This document shows positions 5,807-15,193 of a DNA stretch of 64,000 nucleotides, one piece after another. Source of the stretch: a virus. Where the stretch lies: positions 1 through 64,000 of IMG/VR virus record IMGVR_UViG_3300005613_000015; one strand, given 5' to 3'. The notes under the pieces are model-generated. The model saw only the letters and a program-made list of their open reading frames with translations, was not told where the DNA came from and searched no databases. The translations under genes and the position numbers were made by a program. Each line of letters starts with the position of its first letter. Positions within the stretch are counted from its first letter, which is position 1.

Positions 5807-6790
5807 TCAATCATAGCGTTTCAAAACTGTAAGTGCTTGTTTGATACAGTCGTCCATATCAAGATACTTATAAGTGCCTAAGCGTCCTAAGAAAAGAACA
5901 TTATTCTTTGGAAGCTCCTTATACTTGTTATAGACCTCCTGGGACTCAAAAGGCTTTGGATAAAACCTCTCAGTAGTTGGATTATTCAAGCTAAACTCCT
6001 CTGGAAATTCGCGTGTAAACACACTCTTCTTTACATCTTGGTCATACCAGTGAGAATGGTCTACGGTGCGGGTATGTTTAACGGATTTATTGCATTCGTT
6101 GAGTTGCACCCAATGAGTTCTCTGGTCTTCGAAGATTTCAAACCTGAGCGAACGGTATGTTAGAGGACCGTAACAATAATCGTAATACTGGTCAATGGAG
6201 CCCGTGTAAATCAGAAGGTCATAGGGATATTTCTTCCATTCATCTGGGTCGCAGCCGAGGTGTACCTCGCAACCGTCAAACATGTTTGTGATAAACTGCG
6301 TATAACCCCCAATAGGAACGCCTTGGAACTCATCGGTGTGATAGTAGGGGTTGCGGTCATTTCGCTTCTTCGGAACGCGACCGCTGATACTCTTAGGGAG
6401 TTTATCAAATGGGATGCCCCAATGTTTCTCACTGTAATCTACGAACAGTTGTTCTAGAATCTCCTCCGAAGACCAAGCCCCCACAATATCTTGACTGACA
6501 AGGTTGTAGGGGATTGGAATTACTTTATCATTACGAAGTCTGGCGATTGCGGTATGCTTGAAGTTGTTAAAGGCTGCATACTTGTTTACGAAGTCCCACA
6601 CATACTGTTGGTCGGTGTGGAATGCATGAGGTCCGTAGTTGTGAACCTGAATGCCTTTAATGCTCGAATCAAAGCAGTTACCTGCAATGTGAGGTCGGCA
6701 TTCAAATACTTGAATGTCGTGTCCTTTCTCCTTCAAGGTTGCTGCCGCCGTAGCAGCAGCCAACCCAGCCCCTACGATTGTAACTTTCAT
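5807..6790 (-). CDS. glf: UDP-galactopyranose mutase
   Basis: IVGAG FAD-binding start, HIAGNC, HNYGPHAFHT, YRSLRF, FYP, GRLGTYKYLDMD. Confidence 0.93.
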   Translation of the reverse strand: MKVTIVGAGLAAATAAATLKEKGHDIQVFECRPHIAGNCFDSSIKGIQVHNYGPHAFHTDQQYVWDFVNKYAAFNNFKHTAIARLRNDKVIPIPYNLVSQDIVGAWSSEEILEQLFVDYSEKHWGIPFDKLPKSISGRVPKKRNDRNPYYHTDEFQGVPIGGYTQFITNMFDGCEVHLGCDPDEWKKYPYDLLIYTGSIDQYYDYCYGPLTYRSLRFEIFEDQRTHWVQLNECNKSVKHTRTVDHSHWYDQDVKKSVFTREFPEEFSLNNPTTERFYPKPFESQEVYNKYKELPKNNVLFLGRLGTYKYLDMDDCIKQALTVLKRYD

Positions 6791-7467
6791 AGCGTATACA
6801 TGAAAGAGCTGAAGTGTTCAAACAGAAAGTCTTCAACTAGTTCGTCCCTTCCATTGTGGTTATACATTCCTAGCGAGTTATCCCACATGTCTAGGATTTG
6901 TTTGTAAAAGCTTCGGGGATACTTATGCAGAACAGCCCTAGACGCGATGAACATCCCCCCTGCACCAAAGTAGTATTCAAAATCTTCGGGCAGGTTAGGG
7001 AATAGAATCTTACGCGCCTTCATGAGATGCTCAGTCATCTCAAAAGATTGCATGTGGTTTTTGCCGTGAACCGGAGCCCCAAGACTACAGTATTCGTGAG
7101 GTCTTAGATTGTTCTCCAACATCATCACGGCAGCGTATCCATTCTTAGGGTCGCTAAAATATCTCGCCCTGTTAGGGTTATACAGTACCTGTGTTAGATG
7201 TTCTAATGCACCAGCCTGAAGAAACGCAGTATGCTCGTCTAGGTTGTGATAATTATGGTAGATGTGGGAGTAGAACGTATACTGCTCTCTTCCGATGTTC
7301 GGGGTGTTTACAATCTCCACATTCTCGCCTTTTCGAGGCGGTTCTAGTTTTTCTCCTTTATTGTAGATAAGTACGGGGAAATGCGCGGAGGGCATCCAAC
7401 CCACCCAAGAAACATCCTCGTTATACCTAGCAATTACGAGTTTAAGGTCAAGCTTGTATTTTTGCAT
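6787..7467 (-). CDS. DUF3431-like protein (putative glycan-related enzyme)
   Basis: VIARYNEDVSW, IYNKG, PNIGRE..T...HI..NY..L...TAFLQ. Confidence 0.75.
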   Translation of the reverse strand: MQKYKLDLKLVIARYNEDVSWVGWMPSAHFPVLIYNKGEKLEPPRKGENVEIVNTPNIGREQYTFYSHIYHNYHNLDEHTAFLQAGALEHLTQVLYNPNRARYFSDPKNGYAAVMMLENNLRPHEYCSLGAPVHGKNHMQSFEMTEHLMKARKILFPNLPEDFEYYFGAGGMFIASRAVLHKYPRSFYKQILDMWDNSLGMYNHNGRDELVEDFLFEHFSSFMYTL

Positions 7468-7500
7468 TACATATAATCGTCTTAAACAACTCTGAAAGGG

Positions 7501-9405
7501 TCATAGTTCACATACTCCTCCAACACAATCCTCAACGGCTCCCGCCTGTTCCTCGTAAACGCCTTCCCTCATCATCTTGTCGATGTTAATCGCCGTCCAA
7601 TCAACAGCCGTCAAAGGCTCGTTCCCGCGAGACCCTGCACGGTAGAAGGTAAAGCCCTTAAGTTCGCTCGCGTACTCTGCAAGCTGGTCTTTCACTTCTT
7701 GGGTTGCTTGATAGTCACTGGGAAGATTGCATGTCTTTGAGACAGCCGAGTCAATGTAAGATTGTACCACTGCTTGCACTTTGATGTGTTCTTCGGGGGT
7801 GACATCGTAGGCTCCGACGACATGGCTGATGTCTCGTCCTCGTTCGTAGAGGTCTTTGAAAAGGGAGTCCACGACAAAAGTTTCGTTCCATACCCCATCA
7901 GTACCAGTACGCCAACGCCGCTTATACACAGGAGCGAAAATAGGCTCAATACCAGTAGATGTGCCAAGGACCATACTAATCGTCCCGGTAGGAGCAACAG
8001 TGAGTAGCACAGCGTTACGAAGTCCTTTACTTCGAATTTCGTTTCGGATTCGGGAGGGGAGGGTTTTGAAGAACTTTTCATCTTTTAGCTTATCCCAATC
8101 ATAGGCAGGGAAGGAACCTTTTTCAGCAGCAATCGCACAGGAAGCCTTGTACGCTTCGTTTCTAAAAGTAGCGCAAACACGGTCAAGGAATTCCAGACAG
8201 CTTTCCGAGCCGTAGCGATACCCTGCTTTGATAAGGAAATAGTGAAGACCCGTCAGTCCAAGTCCAACACGACGAGAACGGAAACCAGCATCACGACACT
8301 CATTAATCGGGAAATGGTTTACTGTTAGAATATTATCTAGATAACGAACACCTGTACGAATTGTACGAGCAAACTTCTTCCAATCAATTTCTCCGTTATC
8401 ATCTACCATATTCGCAAGGTTTACATGTCCAAGGCAGCAGTTGCCGTAATTGGGAAGAACCTCTTCACCACAAGGGTTGGTGGATGGCATATACTCGAAG
8501 TACGATACATTGGTGTACTCGTTGGCAAAGTCGATGTTGAAGATTCCAGGCTCTCCCGATTCAATTGCGTTCTCAACTAGACGACCCCATAGTTCCTTGG
8601 CACGAATTTCAATCTTACGAGCGTTCTCGAACTTGTCTACCCAATGCTTCTTGTGGAACATATCCGCACGACCAAGAGCGTCTTCCTCATCAAGAGCAAC
8701 GACCTTTACAGTATCGTTACCCTCCTCAGAGATACGGTCTACTTCGTACTGATAATACTTCTGGTGACGCCCACCCCAAGTAAAATACCACTCCTCATCA
8801 TTTTCCACGGCGCGAAGGAATCGCTTTGTAATTGCTACCGAAACATTGAAATTGTTTAGCTCATGAAGGTCAAGCTTCACATCAAGGAACTCTAGAAGGT
8901 CAGGATGAGTGATATTGAGAATTGCCATCAGAGCAGTACGACGATTCTTGCCCGCACGTACATGATTGCCAATCTCGTTAATCATACGCATCACAGAAAT
9001 TGAACCGGGCGCGCTATTGCGAATATTTCCGATGTCGTTTCCTTTAGGACGAATGTTACTAAAATTGAACCCGATTCCCCCGCCACCGCAGGAAATCTTA
9101 TACATATCAGCAATCGTCTTACCAATACTCTCTACGGAATCTTCAGGGTCAAGAACATAGCAGTTCAGAAGATTTTGATGAGTTCTTCCAGAACCGAAAA
9201 GAATGCGACCTCCAGGACAGAAATCTCCAGAACGAATGGCATCGTAAAACTTCTTTTCTACGGCAACCCGTTTTTCATCACTTTCCGCGCCAGCAGCGTG
9301 AGAGGCTGCTCGCTTTGCACATTCTTTCCACGACTTCTCACCGGGGAAAGCATATTTTTCCATAAAGATTTGGTGTCCAAGACCAATAGGTTCAAAATTA
9401 TTCAT
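7501..9405 (-). CDS. nrdJ: Ribonucleotide reductase catalytic subunit, probably class II (B12-dependent)
   Basis: PGGR, NCYV, GGGIG, GEPG, TNPCGE, APTGTIS, GIEP, C-terminal CVGGVC; no ATP cone and no adjacent beta-subunit gene. Confidence 0.85.
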   Translation of the reverse strand: MNNFEPIGLGHQIFMEKYAFPGEKSWKECAKRAASHAAGAESDEKRVAVEKKFYDAIRSGDFCPGGRILFGSGRTHQNLLNCYVLDPEDSVESIGKTIADMYKISCGGGGIGFNFSNIRPKGNDIGNIRNSAPGSISVMRMINEIGNHVRAGKNRRTALMAILNITHPDLLEFLDVKLDLHELNNFNVSVAITKRFLRAVENDEEWYFTWGGRHQKYYQYEVDRISEEGNDTVKVVALDEEDALGRADMFHKKHWVDKFENARKIEIRAKELWGRLVENAIESGEPGIFNIDFANEYTNVSYFEYMPSTNPCGEEVLPNYGNCCLGHVNLANMVDDNGEIDWKKFARTIRTGVRYLDNILTVNHFPINECRDAGFRSRRVGLGLTGLHYFLIKAGYRYGSESCLEFLDRVCATFRNEAYKASCAIAAEKGSFPAYDWDKLKDEKFFKTLPSRIRNEIRSKGLRNAVLLTVAPTGTISMVLGTSTGIEPIFAPVYKRRWRTGTDGVWNETFVVDSLFKDLYERGRDISHVVGAYDVTPEEHIKVQAVVQSYIDSAVSKTCNLPSDYQATQEVKDQLAEYASELKGFTFYRAGSRGNEPLTAVDWTAINIDKMMREGVYEEQAGAVEDCVGGVCEL

Positions 9406-9520
9406 GAGATTATCTAGTTCGGATAGCGACTCGAAAAAATTAGGCGGTTGACCCGCCTGCTCTACATAATAGTCGAGAAAGTGTCTACATTCGCATCCTT
9501 TCTCACTATTATATTATACC

Positions 9521-9688
9521 ATGTGGAAAACAATTCTAGAAAAAATTCAAAGTGGTATCCTGGCTTACTGGAGTCAGGTTACTTGGTTCGTTCTTGGCGT
9601 TCTTCTTGGAACGATGCTTCTTGGCGGTCTTGTTTCGTGTACGTCCGCTGAGCAGAGTGGCTCTTCAGCACTTACCGCTGCTGAGTAG
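9521..9688 (+). CDS. 55-aa membrane or lipoprotein-like peptide (MWKTILEKIQ...LLGGLVSCTS...), not in ORF track
   Basis: Hand-translated; hydrophobic segment ending in LVSC; followed by an intrinsic terminator. Confidence 0.6.
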   Translation: MWKTILEKIQSGILAYWSQVTWFVLGVLLGTMLLGGLVSCTSAEQSGSSALTAAE

Positions 9689-9709
9689 TTTTATCTCAAT
9701 CTTTTTAAT

Positions 9710-9752
9710 AAGCCGTGATGGGATTTTTCCTGTCATGGCTTTTTTTGTTTTT
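9710..9752 (+). terminator. Rho-independent terminator
   Basis: AAGCCGTGATGGGA/TCCTGTCATGGCTT stem followed by a T-run. Confidence 0.85.
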
Positions 9753-9755
9753 GTG

Positions 9756-9772
9756 GCTATATAAAATAGGAG
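9756..9772 (+). promoter_or_regulatory. Late-promoter-like motif plus SD (GCTATATAAAATAGGAG)
   Basis: Identical 17-mer at 63329-63345 before the tail tube gene. Confidence 0.7.
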
Positions 9773-9801
9773 CGCGAGTGCAGGGCAGGAGCGCCGCCAG
9801 C

Positions 9802-10518
9802 ATGAACTTCGTAGAACAAAATAAGATAGTCGGGCATTTAACAATTGTTAAACGAGATAGCCGAACTAAAAAAGAAGAGGTCGTATACGACGATTCAAAC
9901 GTCATTTGCGGCGGCATGGGTAGAAGCATAGCTCAGTTCATGTCGCTTACAGGATGTGATTTAAACGAATGTGGTGTAGACATTCCTGGGGGTGAGGCGT
10001 GTGACCTCATACATTACCAGATTTCAAAATACCAAGTTGGTATTGGCGCTTCTGGAACAACAGCTACGTCCTCCGTGGTAGGTCTCGTTTCTCCTTTATC
10101 GTATGAGGATTATGGAGGCGGTTTAAAAAGCGTAAAGCTCTCTAAAGCCGATTTATACTCCGACTCAGATGTAAAAATTTCTGAGGACGAAACCTTCGGT
10201 GTCCTTGAAAGAGTAGGAAAAAGCACCTCATCTATTACGCATATATGGCTTATGGATGAGGAGACAGGGAACGGCCAGCGAATTGATGAGGCTGGTTTGT
10301 TTGTTGAAAATCCCTATCTAAAAAAGAAGCAGTCCTTTAGCGATTTATCGCGGGTTCGAATTTCGTTGTTAGGAGACCCTTATCAAGACCAGACGGTTAT
10401 TGAACTCAAAGAGGAGTTTAGTCCTGGGCATATTCTATGCGCTTATAAGCAGTTCACTCCTATCTATAAGGAAACCTACTTCAGTCTTCTCTTTCGTTGG
10501 AAGATTACATTTCTGTAA
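9802..10518 (+). CDS. Tail-collar/fibre-attachment-like protein, paralogue of 43714-44292 (alternative GTG start at 9778)
   Basis: Shared motifs GHL.IVK, SNVI..GMG, E.GLF..NP, LCAY..FTP..K...FS.LFRW.I.F. Confidence 0.75.
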   Translation: MNFVEQNKIVGHLTIVKRDSRTKKEEVVYDDSNVICGGMGRSIAQFMSLTGCDLNECGVDIPGGEACDLIHYQISKYQVGIGASGTTATSSVVGLVSPLSYEDYGGGLKSVKLSKADLYSDSDVKISEDETFGVLERVGKSTSSITHIWLMDEETGNGQRIDEAGLFVENPYLKKKQSFSDLSRVRISLLGDPYQDQTVIELKEEFSPGHILCAYKQFTPIYKETYFSLLFRWKITFL

Positions 10519-10816
10519 AGTATTCTTTCGGTTTGCCTGTCCCGAACGCAAATCCCTTTGGGTTGGGAGGAGGCCAAGGAAGGTTTTTAGGGTCTTTCAC
10601 AAATAGATAACAACAACCTTCAATTTCAGTCTGTACAACTTCACAATCTTCGCGAAATGTAAGTGGAAGCCCTTCAAACGGAAATCCATTCCCCGGAACT
10701 ACACGCACAATCCAACTTCCTTTCTCCCAATGAACAGGAGCATACGAACGAATCAAATACGGAGCATCATACCAATCCCAGATAGTGTAGAAGTTTCGAT
10801 TAGAAGAGTCTTGCAT
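10505..10816 (-). CDS. Hypothetical protein (103 aa)
   Basis: ORF with ATG, divergent from the next gene. Confidence 0.6.
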   Translation of the reverse strand: MQDSSNRNFYTIWDWYDAPYLIRSYAPVHWEKGSWIVRVVPGNGFPFEGLPLTFREDCEVVQTEIEGCCYLFVKDPKNLPWPPPNPKGFAFGTGKPKEYFTEM

Positions 10817-10836
10817 GGTAGTATATAATAGTGCTT

Positions 10837-11343
10837 ATGCAGAAGAAAATATTGTCTGTTTTTGGAGATGAATCCTTTCCTCGTACAGGTCTTGGCGGCT
10901 TGCCTACAAAACGACAGGTTGCGACAGACAATATTATGATGTTCTTTAAGAGTCTTGCACCAGACTTAGTATACATTGTTCCAAGGAACGGAACTTGTGC
11001 TTATGCAGCCGCAGTGTGCAAGATGATGAATATCCCATACATCTTAGTCTGTCCGTATCCTGGATATTTTGAAAATCTAAAGATAACTGACGCAAAGCTT
11101 TTATCTCGGGTAATAGATTCTGCTAAAACTCTTATTATTCTAAACGAGACTCCGATTGATAAAAACCAAGCAATAAAGGAATCAAATCAGTTCCTATCAA
11201 ATGTCGGAGCGTTTATGGTCTTTTTATATGATTCAGAAGGAGACCCAATGTTTCAAGAGTTTATGGACAAACAATGTGAGAAGTATTTTGATTCAAGGGT
11301 TCTGATGGAGTTAGCGTACAACGAGCGGCAAGTGTTTAGATAG
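10837..11343 (+). CDS. SLOG/YspA (DUF1273)-like protein, degenerate
   Basis: YAAAVC...IPYILVCPY, SNQFL....FMVFLYD pattern; ATG 7 nt after TATAAT. Confidence 0.5.
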   Translation: MQKKILSVFGDESFPRTGLGGLPTKRQVATDNIMMFFKSLAPDLVYIVPRNGTCAYAAAVCKMMNIPYILVCPYPGYFENLKITDAKLLSRVIDSAKTLIILNETPIDKNQAIKESNQFLSNVGAFMVFLYDSEGDPMFQEFMDKQCEKYFDSRVLMELAYNERQVFR

Positions 11344-12015
11344 AATTTTTTGCCACGTTGGAATTGCATCGAAAAATTCTTTCGGGTAGCGCCCTGGGGA
11401 TTCATGCCGAATTGGTAACGCGATGGTGCGGTTTTTAAACTTCTTAATGTGGGCTTGTACTGTATAAAAGAAATCGTACCAATCCCAATTGCATCCAGGT
11501 TCAAGTGCTTTTGGTTTTGCAATCTTAATTGAGTTTAGAACTTTTCCCGTAGTTGCAAGGAATAATCCGTCGAGTGCAATTACTGGTCCTACATGTCCGA
11601 AATGACTGTAAAACATGTTGTGGGCTGAATCCCCATGATAGCAGCCTCCATGTCCGCTTTGATTGTTCACCGCACATTGAAACCAACCAATATGCTTGTC
11701 GATGATTGAAGACCCTGCAACTCCAAGGAATCCAGTTTCGGGGTCAGCGAGGTGTTTACCGATAAGCATATTGAAATCTTCTTTCTGTAGAAGAATCTCA
11801 ATATCATCATGGCATAGAATTACTGCGTCTTCGTCTTGAACATCAAACTCTTTAACTCCTTTTCTGTGAGCAGCCCAAATTGAACTCTCATTTTCCATGA
11901 ACTTTACCTGCCAACCAGCCTCGGTAAAATACTTTTCAAGTCGTGCTACAGTCAGCTTGGAATCGCGTCTATCTTTCTCGGTCGTGCGAGTTGCGATAAT
12001 TACGTAGTAGTTCAT
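11311..12015 (-). CDS. Glycosyltransferase-like family 2 (GT-A fold)
   Basis: SIWAAH..G, ILCHDDIEI, GFLGVAG, LDGLFLA, WDWYD, IRHES. Confidence 0.8.
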   Translation of the reverse strand: MNYYVIIATRTTEKDRRDSKLTVARLEKYFTEAGWQVKFMENESSIWAAHRKGVKEFDVQDEDAVILCHDDIEILLQKEDFNMLIGKHLADPETGFLGVAGSSIIDKHIGWFQCAVNNQSGHGGCYHGDSAHNMFYSHFGHVGPVIALDGLFLATTGKVLNSIKIAKPKALEPGCNWDWYDFFYTVQAHIKKFKNRTIALPIRHESPGRYPKEFFDAIPTWQKILSKHLPLVVR

Positions 12016-12028
12016 GCTATATAATAGC

Positions 12029-13501
12029 GTGGACAGACAAGAAATTTTATCAGAGTTGGATAAATGTTCTAAAGACCCAGCTCATTTTATCAAAACTTAC
12101 GTAAAGGTAATTCATCCTGTAAAGGGAGTTATGCCGTTCGATTTGTTTCCTTTTCAGGAACGAATGATTGGCGAGATTCACGGTAACAGATTTACCCTTG
12201 TAAAAAAATTCCGACAGGCGGGAATTACAACTCTTGCAGCAGCGTATTCATTGTGGACTGTTATTTTCAACGACCATAAGAACGTCATGGTAGTATCTAT
12301 TGGCGACCGCGAATCAAGAGCCTTTCTAGCGCGTGTAGTAGCCATGTACGAGGACTTACCTGCATGGATGAAGCCCAAGGTCTTGGAACAGAACAAGCAC
12401 GTTCTGAGGCTTTCTACGGGCTCTCAGGTGAAGTCTCAGCCCGCAGGTGCTGGTCGTGGTGAATCGGTATCTCTGCTTATTGTAGATGAGGCTGCTTTCG
12501 TAGAGAAGATGCGTGAGTTCTGGATGGCAATCTACCCTACGATTTCGACTGGTGGTGCTGCGTGTATCATCTCCACAGTGAATGGTATGAGTAATCTGTA
12601 CTACGAGCTGTATCAAGGCGCGTTAAAAGGAGAAAATAAATTCCATATCGTAGATATTGAATGGCAAGAACATCCGTGGTATACTCCTGAGTGGTATGAA
12701 GAAACTCGTCCGAACATGAGCGACAAAGCGTGGCTTCAGGAATACGAATGTGAGTTCCTTGGAACGGGAGATACTTTCATTGACCGAAACACGCTTGGAA
12801 TTATGCGAGAAACAACTTCCGACGATTGGGATTCCAGATACACTCACAGAATGCGTGTGTGGGAGGAGCCTATGCCGTATTACAATTATCTAATTGCGGT
12901 TGATGCTTCGTACGGTCGTGAGCGAGACCATTCTGCATTCCATATTATAAATCTATATAATGGTCAACAGGTAGCAGAGTTTTACTCAAACGTAACTCCT
13001 TTAAGTAAGTTTGCTGAGATTATATGTAAAGAAGGCTATGCGTACAACACCGCTTATGTACAAGTTGAGCGTAATGGTTTGGGTCTGGCATTGATTGAGC
13101 AGTTATGGGAAACTCTAGAATACGATAACTTAGTAATGGACGAGAAAGGCGAGTTTGGTCTTATGCTCACCACAAAGACTCGGGAAGTCGTGTTGGCAGA
13201 TTTAGAGGATTGTCTGCGTAAAGGACGAATCAAAATTAATTCTGAGCGAACTGTAAATGAATTACTAACTTTTGTTATTGACGAAAAAACTGGTAAAGTT
13301 CAAGCAGACGAAGGCTATAATGATGATTTAGTAATGAGTCTTGCTCTTGCTGCTCATACTATGGATGATTTGTATAGAGGAAGTCCTGAACCTCTATCCT
13401 CTGAGGATATCAATAACAATTCAGCACCAATGCCTGTTATTAGTACTAAATACTCACAGGACGAAGATATTAGAGATTACCACAAATGGCTGAACAAATA
13501 A
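12029..13501 (+). CDS. terL: Large terminase (T4 gp17-like); probable GTG start
   Basis: F.LFPFQ, KFRQAGITT Walker A, LLIVDEAAF Walker B, ISTVNG, QEYECEF, AVDAS, NDDLVMSLA. Confidence 0.95.
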   Translation: MDRQEILSELDKCSKDPAHFIKTYVKVIHPVKGVMPFDLFPFQERMIGEIHGNRFTLVKKFRQAGITTLAAAYSLWTVIFNDHKNVMVVSIGDRESRAFLARVVAMYEDLPAWMKPKVLEQNKHVLRLSTGSQVKSQPAGAGRGESVSLLIVDEAAFVEKMREFWMAIYPTISTGGAACIISTVNGMSNLYYELYQGALKGENKFHIVDIEWQEHPWYTPEWYEETRPNMSDKAWLQEYECEFLGTGDTFIDRNTLGIMRETTSDDWDSRYTHRMRVWEEPMPYYNYLIAVDASYGRERDHSAFHIINLYNGQQVAEFYSNVTPLSKFAEIICKEGYAYNTAYVQVERNGLGLALIEQLWETLEYDNLVMDEKGEFGLMLTTKTREVVLADLEDCLRKGRIKINSERTVNELLTFVIDEKTGKVQADEGYNDDLVMSLALAAHTMDDLYRGSPEPLSSEDINNNSAPMPVISTKYSQDEDIRDYHKWLNK

Positions 13502-15117
13502 ATGAAGATATGGGCTCGACAGAGTTCCCGTCCACAAATACCTACGGAGATGATACCCCTGGTTATCGCGGTAGATTCTCTGCGTTTTTCCAAAAGTTTT
13601 TTGGAGAAAAACGCAGAGGTCGTCCGTTACAACAACAACCATTAGCGGGAGATGCGAAGTCGGCTGCAATAGAAACACCGGAAGATTATTCAGGGGGGTA
13701 TGGTAAATCTCAAGGTGCTCATGCTATGCCTCGCGTTGAAAGCGAGCGAAGACGGCGCTATGCTGATTATGAGCGAATGGACCAGGAATCCGAGGTCGGC
13801 GCTGCATTGGATATTTATGCTGATGACGCTACTCAGGAAAATACCCGCGAAGAACTCTTTGAACTGAACACCGACAACAGCCTGGTGAAAGACGAAGTAA
13901 ATCGTTTCATCAAGCAATCGCGATTGGACAAGTGCATTTGGGATATTGTTCGAAATGTTGCAAAGTACGGGGATTGTTTTGTTGAAAATGTTGTAGACCT
14001 TAATAACATTGGAAAAGGAATTCAACGCCTTAAGGTACTTAATCCAAACTTTATTTACCGCGTTGAAGATAAGTATGGATACCTGAAAGAGTTCTTACAA
14101 GAGATTCCAGACAAGAGAGCTTCGGGCACAGACTACTCTCAGTCCTTCCTTCCTGATAAAAAGAAGAAGAACATTATAAAACTCAACAAGGACCAAATTG
14201 TCCACTTCCGTAGAATGACCTCGGATGCAAATTTCTACCCCTACGGAAAAGGTGTTCTTGCTTATGGTGTTCGTGTTTTCAAATCATTGATGCTAATGGA
14301 AGATGCGATGCTTGTGTACCGCATCCAACGCGCTCCTGAAAGACGCGCTTTCTATCTGGAAACAGGAAACCTTCCACAATCAAAGGTAGAAGCCTTCGTT
14401 GAACGAATCAAAGCTAAATTTAAGAAGCAGCCTATGTGGAATCCAGGGTCGAATACAATCGACCATCAGTACAACCCCCTTGCCGTAGATGAGGATTTCT
14501 TCATTCCTATTCGAAACGGTCAAGGTACAAGAGTTGAAGTTCTTCCTGGTGCTCAAAACCTTGGCGAGACTGAGGATGTTAAGTATTTCCGTGATAAGCT
14601 TCTTGCCGCTCTAAAAGTTCCGAAAGACTTTATTGTTGAAAAAGATAAGTCTCCCGAGAGAAAGGCTAATCTATCTCAACTAGACGTTAAGTTTGCAAAA
14701 GCTGTTCAGCGCTTGCAGCGCGATGTCGAGGCTGGACTAAATGTACTTCTACGTCGGCACCTTACCTTAGTTGGTCTTCCAAAAAGCTTGATTGATTCGG
14801 TTGACATAAAACTCACTTCACCGTCCGATATGTTTATGAAGCGGCGTTTGGAAGTGGATGAGCAGAAAGTTCGAATCGTACAAGCCGTAAAAGGTTTAAT
14901 GCTTTTCGATGATGAGTACCTCTACAAGGAGTACTTCTCAATGACTGATGCCGAGATTGACGATATGAAGTCGCGGGTCGAGAAGCAAAAAGAAAAGGAT
15001 GGCCAGGCGGGCGGAATGCCGGGAATGCCAGGAATGCCAGCGCCTCCAGGAGCGCCTGGAGAACCCCCTCCAGAGGGTGAAGGTCCACCAGAGGGCGAAG
15101 GTCCTCCTCCAGAATAA
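13486..15117 (+). CDS. Portal protein (T4 gp20-like)
   Basis: LMEDAMLVYRIQRAPERRAFY, GNLP, EDFFIP.R, T.VEVLPGAQNLG, DVKYF. Confidence 0.95.
   Translation: MAEQINEDMGSTEFPSTNTYGDDTPGYRGRFSAFFQKFFGEKRRGRPLQQQPLAGDAKSAAIETPEDYSGGYGKSQGAHAMPRVESERRRRYADYERMDQESEVGAALDIYADDATQENTREELFELNTDNSLVKDEVNRFIKQSRLDKCIWDIVRNVAKYGDCFVENVVDLNNIGKGIQRLKVLNPNFIYRVEDKYGYLKEFLQEIPDKRASGTDYSQSFLPDKKKKNIIKLNKDQIVHFRRMTSDANFYPYGKGVLAYGVRVFKSLMLMEDAMLVYRIQRAPERRAFYLETGNLPQSKVEAFVERIKAKFKKQPMWNPGSNTIDHQYNPLAVDEDFFIPIRNGQGTRVEVLPGAQNLGETEDVKYFRDKLLAALKVPKDFIVEKDKSPERKANLSQLDVKFAKAVQRLQRDVEAGLNVLLRRHLTLVGLPKSLIDSVDIKLTSPSDMFMKRRLEVDEQKVRIVQAVKGLMLFDDEYLYKEYFSMTDAEIDDMKSRVEKQKEKDGQAGGMPGMPGMPAPPGAPGEPPPEGEGPPEGEGPPPE
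15013..15114 (+). repeat. Pro/Gly low-complexity repeats in the portal C-terminus (GMP x3, PEGEGP x2)
   Basis: GGAATGCCR x3 and CCAGAGGGYGAAGGTCCW x2. Confidence 0.75.
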
Positions 15118-15193
15118 CCGAAATAATTTTTTAATTTTTTAAAAACTGCCAAATAGGTATCCTACATAAAGATACCTAGGCTTATTATATATT

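Noticed and set aside
7501-13501. Inteins or introns in RNR or terminase
   Set aside because: Both ORFs are continuous and of normal length, without intein termini or homing endonuclease motifs
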